Assembly (NCBI GenBank): GCA_024704765.1 | Contig: JAKMXF010000321.1 | Location: forward strand, 1,137,006-1,201,005 | DNA from: Oopsacas minuta | Taxonomy: Eukaryota; Animalia; Porifera | DNA: 64,000 nt | Reading direction: 5' to 3' | In this document: positions 24,105 through 36,100 of the stretch, in pieces | Position numbering within the stretch: the first letter of the stretch is position 1 | Layout: each line of letters begins with the position of its first letter | Position numbers and translations under genes: made by a program | The notes under the pieces: model-generated | Database searches by the model: none | The model's input: only the letters and a program-made list of their open reading frames with translations | Told to the model about the DNA's origin: nothing

Positions 24105-27100
24105 GTATATTTTTATAATTAAACATTGATACATTATTTTCATTTTGACACACTTTAGCCTATCAATTGGGAAACTTATCAATATTGAAAACGGAAATAC
24201 AAATTTTCAAATTTTTCCGACGTCACTTTACGTACGTACAAATATTTAATGAAAACATGGTAAATTTGACGGTACAACGCGATATATAATCTTCTGGGGC
24301 TATGAAATTAACCCAAATGTACATCTGTAGCTCCAGAACTGACCAAGTTAAGATGGTTATTTTTGAAGAACAATTTGACTTGTGGCTTTAACGTCATAAC
24401 TCCGTAAGTTTTGGAGCTACAGATTAAGTCGATAGCTGTTCTATATTGGATTCTCTATTCTAGAGTTACTTTAGCTTAACTCCCATCGACGACACGGTTT
24501 TTTGTCCACCGATTACCACATGCTATTTGCAGATTTTTCCAGTGAATATGATAAATTTTATCTGTTTAATAACACTGTACAACAAATTTCAATTTGGAAA
24601 CAAAACGAGAATCTGATTAGGTCGCTATAGTCAATTAGGATCTCCTGATTCCGAATATCAATACAGTTACTCAAACACGCAACAATTTTATAGAATTCAA
24701 CATGCAAAATGGGAAATTACAACAAATTACAAAATTATATATCAAAATATCATCTAGTCATGTAAAACCTGTGAAGATTATTAAACTACTTCGTATTTAG
24801 AGCATATATATACCAGAACGAGCTAGTATAGGAAAAAATTGGTCATTTTACTAACGAAATCTAAATCACACATACAAAAAATGAAAAAATTACACAATAT
24901 CGTAAAATACAATACAAATAAAAGGTTTAGCCAATTCAGAGCTATTTCTTGGAATAAATGAATTCAACATAACCGCGAATTTTAATCCTCAAAGGTTTTA
25001 CATAACTAGTTGATATTTAAGGAGAAACCTTTTGGTAATATATGACATTTTCTCAATTTGTGAGTTGAATTCTATAAAATTGTTGCGTGATTGAGTAAAA
25101 CTGTATTCATATTCGGAATCAGGAGATCCCAATTAACTATAGCGACCTAATCGGGTTCTCGTTTGTTCCCAAAATGACAATTTATTGTACAGTGTAATGA
25201 ATTAATTCCACTCTGTGCACTATTCACAAATATGCTGTCACTAATTGATCAACTGCTTACTATTCTAGATTCTACAAAATCCTGAAAAGAGTGAATCGGA
25301 TGTTGACATGTAAGTTTCCTCCTACCTTTTATCCATTATTTGGAAATGTCCAGTTTCTCCCTATTTTACCTTGGCAATGTTTCAATAAATTTATATTATC
25401 TTGGCATCTTCGCAAAGTGGTCGCAGACATTTGGGATGGGTCCGCAATCAGCGACTTACCATATGGTCAGTCGCTTATTGTGTATCCCGACAGTAGCAAA
25501 ATTATTTTTATAATATATATATACTTCATATTTAGCTAAGTCTATATACAAGTACGAGACCTATATAATAATTTATAGGGAAACCAGACTGGTTCATAAT
25601 AGGAGAATGTTCAGGCTATACATGTTTACATAATGCCACCACAAAATTTAGTTGTGGCTAACCAACGAATTTCATTATTATTTACCGATACAATATTGTA
25701 AGGCGTACCATATACTACTATATAATACAGATAGGAAAGTAGCCGAGGAACGAATAAAAAAGAGAGGCCATTTATATAAATCTCATAAAAGTTAAATTAA
25801 TCCTTCAAAATTTGTGAATTGAACTTTTTTAAGGTTAGAAAATGTGAAGAATGAGTTAAGACTACCTAAAAGGTTCAAACGGCCATCTTTCATCTCGTTT
25901 AGGCGCAATTTATGCGATGACGTTAGCATTTATATAATTTGAACATTTTCTCAAATATTTTGCTAAAAAATGTATTGTATTTAACTTTATGCTAATATTG
26001 TTAGAATTCGTACAAGTAATTCACACTCAAGTTAAATCTATGTTTTAAGTATTGCTTATTGCAATTATTTCATGTGACATAAAATAATATATTTATCAAA
26101 AATACATTTATGAATTTTCAAAAATAAGCTATTAAGATGTGATCCAAATTATATTCTAAAGAAAACGGCTAATTATATATACCGTATGAATAAATAGAGG
26201 ACATTAATTCATTGAAATACAAGAATTTCATAAAGTAAAAAATTCTATTTTGATGAGCATTTGTGTGAATTTTAATGTCGTGAATTGAATGCGCCTAAAC
26301 GAGATAAAAGATGGCCGCTTGAACTTTAGGTAGTCTTAACTGATTAGTTACATTTTCTAACCCTAAAAAAGTTCAATTCACAAATTTTGAAGGGTTAATT
26401 TAACTTTTATGAGATATATATAAATGGCCTCTCTTTTTTATTAGTTCCTCGACTACTTTCCTATCTGTATTATATAGTAGTCTATGGGCGTATTAAATAT
26501 TTGAGGGGTGCGCACCCACACACCCCCCGGAGAATCCGTGCCTGGTAAAAAGGTGTGAATGTATGATTTATCATGTGATAAATCATGTAGATATTGGTTG
26601 GAAAATTGAAATCTACACACTCGATTACCATGACTAGTTTGTGAAACGAAATCTCTAGCATCATTTGAATAATATACAAAAAGTTGTGATATATGTAGTG
26701 GAACCGCACAAAGTGGAGTTTTTGTCAGAATTGGGTTTAGGTTGAGCCGTAGGCAATTTTGAATGAAATTGTATACAATAATTCAAGGAGAAATTCCCGA
26801 AGTAGGGTTAAATCGCATTAAACCTGCCGCTCTAAGACTTTTTAAGGTAAGGTACCTCATAAAATGGTTGAAGGAAGGATCTGTAATGAAGACAGCCAAG
26901 TGAATCTCCAAAAGTATTTTATATCTCATAACTGGGGTAAATATACTATGAAAATCCCAGGAGTAGGTCATGCGCCATGGGTCATAAGTCATAGCCCATC
27001 AATACTTTGATTCAATAATAATGTAGATCTATGTAAAAGAGACCAAGAGATCAATTTACCAGACCTGTAATAAGTGGTCTTTTCACTGGCTATTTTGAAG

Positions 27101-30100
27101 GCTAAGTCCGAGTCAACATTGCTAGACTCTGCAGTGCTAGAATTCTCCAACTAAATTTCATGAATGTGTGAGATGAAATTATCATTACATTATATATAAT
27201 TATAATTGGTCAGACCGTATTTAAATGTGGTACGGTGGGGAGCACCAGTTTTCGACAATGGTCCTACGACTCTGCACTTCTTTCATTAGTTTATTTGTTA
27301 AGCAGGAATAATACTTTACAAATTGTCAATAATGTGTATAGACAGTATATATAACTGTAGATATAAATATAATTAACTAATTGTAGAATTTCGAGAAGAT
27401 AAGGATGTTATTACATAACTAGAAATCCGGAAAGTGGTACGGCGCTTGCCGACCAGTCCTGCGGGATATACCGCCCCAGACTTTAGTAAATTTACCAAAA
27501 GTTCAAACTTTTGAAAATTCTTCGGTCAAAAAATCTATATATCCAAATATACGAAGAGTTTGTTCCGTGAATCCGATTTCCAATTATCAAGTTTGATACT
27601 TTACTGACAGACATCCTAACAATCCTAAAACTCCGTGTTTGAAGTATTAGTAGTCTGGTTTCCTGATCTCAACCAATTCTATTTGAAGGAATGGTTTTCC
27701 TAAATTGTATTACGATATCGGGGTTTCTGGCAAATTTTCGTACGCTTAGGGAATAATAATAAAATTTATGGGCCTATATTCGCGCCGCATACTCTTGGAT
27801 AATATCCTGCTAGCTGCTTCAGCTCCCCCTAGTCCCCCTAAATTCGTCCCTGATTTAAAATCCATCCTCAAGTCTTGTGATGTATTCTCCTCAATATTTT
27901 GAACAAACTTATTAAAATCAATATTATTTATAGATTCAAACATGTGCATGATCTCGTTAAAGTTCAGGAACCAGATGCACTCAGGTTGGCTATTTCTCAA
28001 GGTGTTTTGAGCACTGACACCGAGTTATCACAATCTGACGGAGACTCTCTACTACATTATGCTTCAAGGGTCGGGTCTGCTGAGTGTTTAAAATATTTAT
28101 TATTTGAAGCAATAACTGTGTTCCCGTTTAACTCGTTAAATGATGAAGGATTTAACATCCTTCACTCCGCAGTGGAAGGAGGTAAAATTGAAAATATCGA
28201 TCTCCTTTTAAACTTTTTGTTAAAGTCAGAAGATGAAGCGTCTAGTGACTTACTTAAGAGTCATGAAGACTTTTTGAACGCTAAGACAACAACAGGTTAC
28301 CTTACATTCCTTATTTGTATCATATTTATTATACTTGTACAAGTTTGGTTGCGCCGCGACTTCTATGTGCCCTGAAAGTTGTAATATCTATTTCAATGAA
28401 GACTTTATGATACGTATTATACGTTTAGCGACTTTAGTCTAATTTTGGGGACGCAACTTCTAATAGGCTGATTTAGGTAATTTATTATTTTACACGATTC
28501 GTTACTTTTCGAATTGTTTATGAGATATATGAACATAATTGAGGAATTTATACAATATTTGATCATTATGAGATCTATACAAGTTCTAACATTGCCAACT
28601 TCTCCTATTTCGAGATTGAATTAGTCCTTGGTTTGGAATTCTTGGAAACATCCAGATTTGTCTGAAGATGAAAATTTGCTAGGTTTTCTGTATTTTTACA
28701 TTATTGTGTGTGTATTGTGTACTAACTCGTGTTTTTATTAGGGAACACTGCTCTCCATCTCTGCTCTATATTTTCTAAGAGAGATGCAATACGTCCATTA
28801 TTAAAGGCTGGTGTTCACCTGAGTGAAGTAGATAACAACCAAAACACTCTCCTACATCTTGCTGCCGAGAAATCGCTTATCGAATTTTTCAAAAGAATCG
28901 CTAACTATCATATAACAGATAGAGGAGACAAAAGTGAAGCTCTTAGTAAGTTTGCCATACATTGCACACTTCATATTTCAGATATCTCTAATCTCTTTAT
29001 ATTTAATTATAAATCATTATTAAATGATTTTCTAGTTTTAGTTGTTATTAGTAAGTAATTATTACCCCGATTAACGCGTTGCTTGTGATAGCTATATAGC
29101 AGGTTTTTGGAAGCGCTTGGTTCAATTCCGCAACGCTGCACTGCTCAGTAATTATTTCGACTATCAAATTGAAATTGGAATTTTGCGTTCATGAAAACTA
29201 TATCGATAGCGGTCATTATTTTTGCTACGTCGTTTCGCGACTTGGGGCGAAACTCAATTAACTAGAATATGTTGTCTTTTCGCGGTTTGGACTGTCTTCT
29301 ATTTTGTGAATGTAAATCTTTGCGATTTCTGTCCACAAAATGAAGCATATTTAATGGTTCTATTTATTAGGTTAACAAAATGTATTAAATGTCTAACAGA
29401 TTTGCCTCTATCAAAAGTAATTAAAAGTCTACCAAAATTGATGAAATGTCTAAAAAAACTGATCAAAAGTCTAACAATTTGTATATATACTCTAAGCTAA
29501 GTAGCTATTTAATTAAATATGGAGTTAGAATATAAATCTCTCTACTTAAATTATATACAGTAGGCAATCCCAAAACCGAGGCACACCTCTCAGATTTTGA
29601 GTTTTAGCCTACTTATACGGTACTTTAGTTCATTTTCCTTAATTTTTTGCATATCTTATATCATCATCCGATATTGGTTAGATCTTCCAACTTCCTCCAT
29701 CCACCATGCCTTACATACTAAATGTAGGTATGTGGCAGTTACCATTTATCAGATTAATTCGGACAAACAGACAACCAACATAGTTTTATAGTACGTATAG
29801 TTGTATTGTTTTCATGCGAACTCTAAGCAGGGATTCCATTCTGGACACAAAAAAGGCGTGCAAATATTATTTGCAACGGTTTACTTGCTACTTTATTTTC
29901 CTCCTTTTCTTATAGCATTATATTTACTCATTCTCTTTTTACTTGCTTCCCTGTTTTGCCATGCTATTTGGGTCGAGGTTGGGTGATTCCCACAAGAGTG
30001 GTGCGGCTTATTGTTACAGGAGGTGATTCTTAAGCTGTAGTTTGTCGACTCGTATTGAAGTGTGCAGGGGCGTGCCAGTTATGTAAACTGACCAGGTCAA

Positions 30101-33100
30101 ACATGTTAAAGCTGTGGTATTACTAGCGCGCTACGTTTTCTAGGTCGCTGCCCGACGAGCCGTCACATACTCAGTAGTTTCCACAGATGTTGCTTAAGTT
30201 TCAAACGGCTAAATTTCTAGTGCTTTGGTAGCTACGCGATGGAATATACTCGACACTACATGCTTCAAATTTACAAACATTTGTGAATGTATATTATCTA
30301 TGGTATGGTCATCCAAATTACATTCAATAGTTTCTGTGGTTATAAATCACGGATGTACGGGCATTGTACATCGTCCATGCCTTTAGGGTATCCCCTAAGG
30401 AGCAGCACTTAAAATTTAATGGGTAGTTATCCATTTTACTTTATTTAGAGGAGCTAAAAGAGTGTTTTCTGCTTCAAAATAAAGACAAGAAGATTCCTGT
30501 CTTACTAACAGATGATAGGGCTACCATAGATATTATTTTAAAATATTCCAACGTTGATGCTGTAGTTGATAAAGAACTTGGTAGACTCATCCATATATCA
30601 GCAGCAGAAGATAATCTCATATTAGCAGAGGCTCTGATTGATAAAAAGATCGATCTAAATATACCAAATAGCAAAGGCTTCTCGCCACTTAAGATAGCAG
30701 CAAAGAGAGGAAATGTAATAGTTTTAGAGGCATTGCTCAAAGCTAAGGCTAACCCTAATTATATTGGTAAAAAGCTGCCTGGATTTTCTCCTTTGAATAA
30801 TGCAGCTCAATTTGGTCAAATGGGTTGTGTGAAATTGTTGATTAAACACGGAGCTGATCTTGTCCACAAAGACATGACCAATACAATTATACATTCTGCA
30901 GCTTATGGCGGCCATGCTAAAGTTGTAGAGTACTTGCTTAAAGAAGTAGGAATGGATGTTAATCAGAAGAATAATGCCAACAGAACACCTCTCTACCAAA
31001 GCATAACTCAAGGTCACAACTCAGTTGCAAAGACTTTATTACATCATGGAGCTGACCCTAATGTATTGTTGGGAAAAGATAGCGAAACACTTTTACACGT
31101 AGCTATTAGAGAGGGTAGAAAGGATATCGTCAGGATGTTGCTTGATGCCAAAGCTAAACCTGACGAGCCTCTTAAGAATGGTGTGACACCTCTCATGCTA
31201 GCTGCAGAGAGGGACTTTGCTGACTACATACCTCTTATCATGGCTCATGGAATAACACTTGCGAAGAAGGATGGAGAAGGGAATACCGTACTTCATCATA
31301 TTGCAAAGCATAATTCTTGCGCTTCTGCTAGGTATATATTGAGGAGGATAGGTTTGATGAAAGGAATATCTCAAGAATTTCAATTGTACAAAAATGGCAA
31401 CAATACCAAGCAAACGCCATACGATGTAGCATTAGAATCTAGGAATGAACCTGTATTGAAGATATTCATTGGTTATGCACCGAAAGATTATTTTCGAAAT
31501 AATCCTAAACAGATTCACAATTATTTTGACTCTAAACTATACGATACACTTAAGGAGGTGATAAACAGATCAGTAACCGTGAATGAAAATAAAGGTAAGT
31601 TATTGATTAGATTATTTGATTTATGGCTGAGGTTGAGAATCGTATACTCAATCGGCAATCGCGTATTAGCAAGGCTATACTTATTATATCGTGAAATTGC
31701 GTACACAAACATAACGGTTTGAACTGTAAATCCCAGGCACAAAGTGCGGTGTATACTGCCGTCTGCAGCGACAACCAAGTGAAAACAAATGGAACGGTGA
31801 ATATTTATTCGTTTTAGTCATGAATACACAATATACGTGTTCATTATGTGCATTTTTCGCTGTAAATTGATTATTTTAGCCATTTGCTTACACAAGGAAG
31901 AAGACAATTACCTATTTCTTTACAATACATACGTTCGAGGACTAAAATCTAATAATTTAATTAACCTGGTGCATGGCCTACTAAAAGACGGCTATACATG
32001 CTGCCGAATTATAGTAAAAATAAGAGTCCAGTAGTATAATTCTCATAAGAGAAAAATTAGGCCTCCAGTGTTTGCAATTAAGACTACTTAAAAAGTAAAA
32101 ACGGCTACCCTCCATCAAGTTTATGCGCAATTATGCATTGACGTCATCATTTATACATCTTGAATACTTTTTTTAACAGAAAAAATAAGATTCCAAATTG
32201 ATGCTGAAAATTGGATATATTTTTTATACTTCACAATCAAGAGAAATATATGTAGAACGATAAAAAAATTGCTCTTTAGTATTATTATTAAGATATCTCG
32301 ATTAATTGGGAACTCCGCTTAATAGGGACAAAAGGACTTGAACTGATGTGTCCGATTAAGCGGAGTTGACTGTAATTCACAAATAGATTGTTGATAAATC
32401 TATAATGTTAAGTCCAAGGTATATATTGTGATTCTTTCAGTCGCAGAGTCCCCTAAAGTTAATTAACCACTTTATGGTTGAGCCAAACCCATCCAATGTA
32501 CAAACTCTACAAATTTCGGATCGTTTAGTGCCATCCGTGTATCATGTTGATAACAATGACTGGTAAATAGAATTTGATTTGGCCAAATTCATCCCAAATT
32601 TAGTCTATATCTATCCTAATTTTGTACATGTACGTAACGTATTGGAATTTCCTAACTCAAGAGAAATTTCTTCTTGATTGAGTTACTAATTTCCACTCGA
32701 TTACCAGAGTTGGTCCCGATTAACAGAAAATATTCAGTATTAACTTTAATGGAGATGATTCTGTTCCTGTAGATTTGTACCAATTATGCGGATTTCGCGA
32801 TTAACCGGTCTCCCAATTAAGCGGAGTTGACTGTAATCGAAAAAATATATGAAAATGGTGTAAAAAATTGATTTTACAGCTAATTTGATGAATATTTATG
32901 CAGTATGGATGAATAGGAGATTTTCCTAGGAAAGATGAAATTTACAAAATTCCAAAATTCAATTTTAGATTAGTAAATTTTTACATTATGATGTCATGAT
33001 TTGAATGAGCCTAAACGAGATAAAGGATGTCCGTTTGCACTTTTTAAGAGTCTTGATTGATTCCTTGAATTTTGGGAGAAATTGAACGCCCAAAATTGTT

Positions 33101-36100
33101 CAATTCGCAAGTATCGGAGGCCTAATTTTCTTTATGAGAATTATAAAACTTGACTCTTACTTTTTGCTATGATTCGATAGCATCTATAGGTGTATTTTAG
33201 TAGCCCATTCCCGGTGTCAATTTTACCCGATTTCAAATGTAACTTAAGTCTGAAACAGCTAAATTTCTTAGTGCTCTTGGTGGCTACGCGATCGAGCGAC
33301 AGGGTGTTACTCATCACTACATTCCTCGAAAAAATAATGACCAGCAGACAGACTGGTAGTGCAGCTCAGGGTTATGTGTTTTTGTTCTTTTCAGGGAGTG
33401 CACCCCATGACCCTCCCGTCTACATGGCGCATTTCACCAGATCCCGACTGATTTTGGGCTCCTAGATCAGGAAATTTCAGGATATTCAATATTATTTATC
33501 CAAATCTTATGGATAAAATTCTAAAATATTTTCCTTCAATTAGCCCCTGTCTCACAGTCTGGTAAAATTGCGATTATGGTGTAATATGTACTTACACTGA
33601 AGATATATGTTAAAATGTTGTCATATATAATAAATCGACTCTGTAGATTTCAAAAATGGCAACAGATTTTAGTTACACTTCTGGAAATGGGACTATAACG
33701 TAATCTGTGGTATTTTGATTTAATTCATAATTATGGTTCAAGATAAATATAAATGTGTTCTAAATTTTTGAGTGTTATATATCAGCCAGCCCTATTTATT
33801 AATAAACTTGAATAACAATTCGTATACTGCATTCCATTCTGCATTGGATACTTCATAAAATGATACTAGTGAATTAGAATACAGTAATTATAAAATATTA
33901 TAACGAAAATTGGAAATTTCTAAAATACATTTCATCCGACTCGGTGTGCCCCATACACTTAATGTCAAGAAAATTATAAGTGGGCGCCTTTGGGCGGGTC
34001 TAGAAATTATTGAAAATGAAATTTAGAAAGATATACTATGCGAAATTATCGACTATTCAACTCGCAATTATTTGCATTGTAAGATCGGGGACCTAAATTG
34101 TAGGTCAACGAGCTGAAATATGCATAATAATAGACGGATAAAAATGCTTGAGAATGAATAAATAAAAATATAATTTGTTTTGCAAAACGAGTAAAATTAA
34201 TCACATAATACATACGAATACTGATAAATACCATTGAATAACGAAAATCCAGGAATGCTGTAATATCGCAAGGATATTTGAAGAATAAATATTTGTGGTT
34301 TTCAGGTATTTCAAATTTCACGTTTTAGCCTAAGTTTTATACTTTGGTCAGACACGCTATAAGTTCATTAAGTAACTAATAATAGCATTTTTCTAGGTTG
34401 AAATAGTGTAGAATCGAATTCACACATTAATTTTGATAAATAGCGCAGTCAAATTTGCACCTATTACCGCATAATTCTACACTATGTGTCTGACTTTTGG
34501 AACCAGACATTTGGCATCAATTTGAAATATGTGCAAAAGGTGTAAAAATATGATTTATCGTGTGATAAATCATGTAGATATAGATTTGAAAGCGCGAAAT
34601 TTGGAGTCTACATACTCGATTACCCCTCACTTGCAGTTAAAAGGAAATCTCTAGCATCATTTGAATTTTACATTTTTTCCAATTTATCTCGTGAATTGGA
34701 CTTCTAGATTTCGCACAACCTCGCGGACGGAATTACGCAAGTCGCACATCGTCCATGCCATTATGGCATCTCCCTATAGAAGCTGTACTAAAAATAGCTG
34801 AAATTGTATGAATTTATTGTCCATGGACCATTATCCATCCGAATTACTCTTATGGCTTCCTATGTTGACCCTGGAGCTTCTAACATAGCTTTATCTCCAG
34901 TATCATCACAGAAGCCCATTGAATGTAATTTGGATGGACCATGGATAATAAAATATTAGTCTTTTCACTATTCTGTGAATTCGAGGCACTTAGATCCGAG
35001 TATATTATTTCGCGTAGCGATCAATAACACTATAAAATTGCAGTAGTCACCATCTAACACAGTAATGATTCGCAAATGCTTTGGGTTGCTCAGCATTCAG
35101 TCCCTTCTAAATGATAACATTTCCAGTTGTAGTAAACCGACTATTCATCTCTTCCAGTATAGTATCAATAAACTGGTAGAAATACCTAGAAATAGTTATG
35201 GTTTCGCTTGGCATTCTATCTTCCAAGATCGTTGCCTCAGTTACAGACATTTTGGGGGTTTCTAGGACGAGGTTTTTCATCAACATGGGAGGTTTGCTTT
35301 CGAAGCTCGACAATTTCAATCCAAAGGAAATGGTAATCTTGCAGGGTCTTCAGTGCCACGTACTAACAGAATGACAGAAGCCTCAGAGTTTCAGCCGTTA
35401 AGGATTTTGATAAAATATGAGCTCAAAGAATCTTGATCCGAATTTTTTGCAGCTATCTACCAAAAGTAAATTTATGTGGAAAGCAGAGTATCTGACGTTA
35501 GAAATTCTTCAGTAACTCCACTAGTTTCGCTATCTTCAAGCCAATATCGAACACAAATGCTTAGTTGTTTATGTTTGATGGGTATCTTGTCTCATCAACA
35601 ATTTGGGACCAATACTTGACCAGAGTTATTTCAACTTAATTTGTATCTGTACTAACATGACCATAACGTTCAAGATTTCGTTCTGAATTCGAGGTGATGG
35701 TTTTGAGAGTTTTCGCTGGACGTGACTTCCTCAAATTCTCTTGGATTCAACAAGATCCAAGAGCGAGAGAAGTTTCCCTTGTTTTCTGAAGTCTCTGACA
35801 CGTCATTCCCTATTTATGAAATTCGCTGGACTGCATCCCATCTCAAAATAACAATTGCCACATTGAACCAATCCCTGTTTGTAGCAACCAACTGTCTTCT
35901 TCCAGTATCAAGTTGAGCCTATATGTCTTTTTCAATCGTTTCAAAAAATCATTCCATCTAGCAAGTGTAAACGTTGTAAACGTTTCTTACTCAATAGAGA
36001 TAAGTAAGATAACTCATTATGTATTTCAGTTTCAAGTATGCTCAGTAGCGGATTAACCATGGTGCCAAAAGAGTCTTGGCACCCAGCCTCGACTTTTAAC

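Noticed and set aside
29080-29160. tRNA/SINE-like B-box GGTTCAATTCC
   Set aside because: No pairable T-stem or acceptor stem, no anticodon arm and no second copy in the window.
31595-31722. C-terminal extension of ORF 30733-31722 (KLLIRLFDLW...)
   Set aside because: It lies after a strong G|GTAAGT donor whose phase fits exon 6, so it is treated as intron. It is kept only as a possible truncated isoform.
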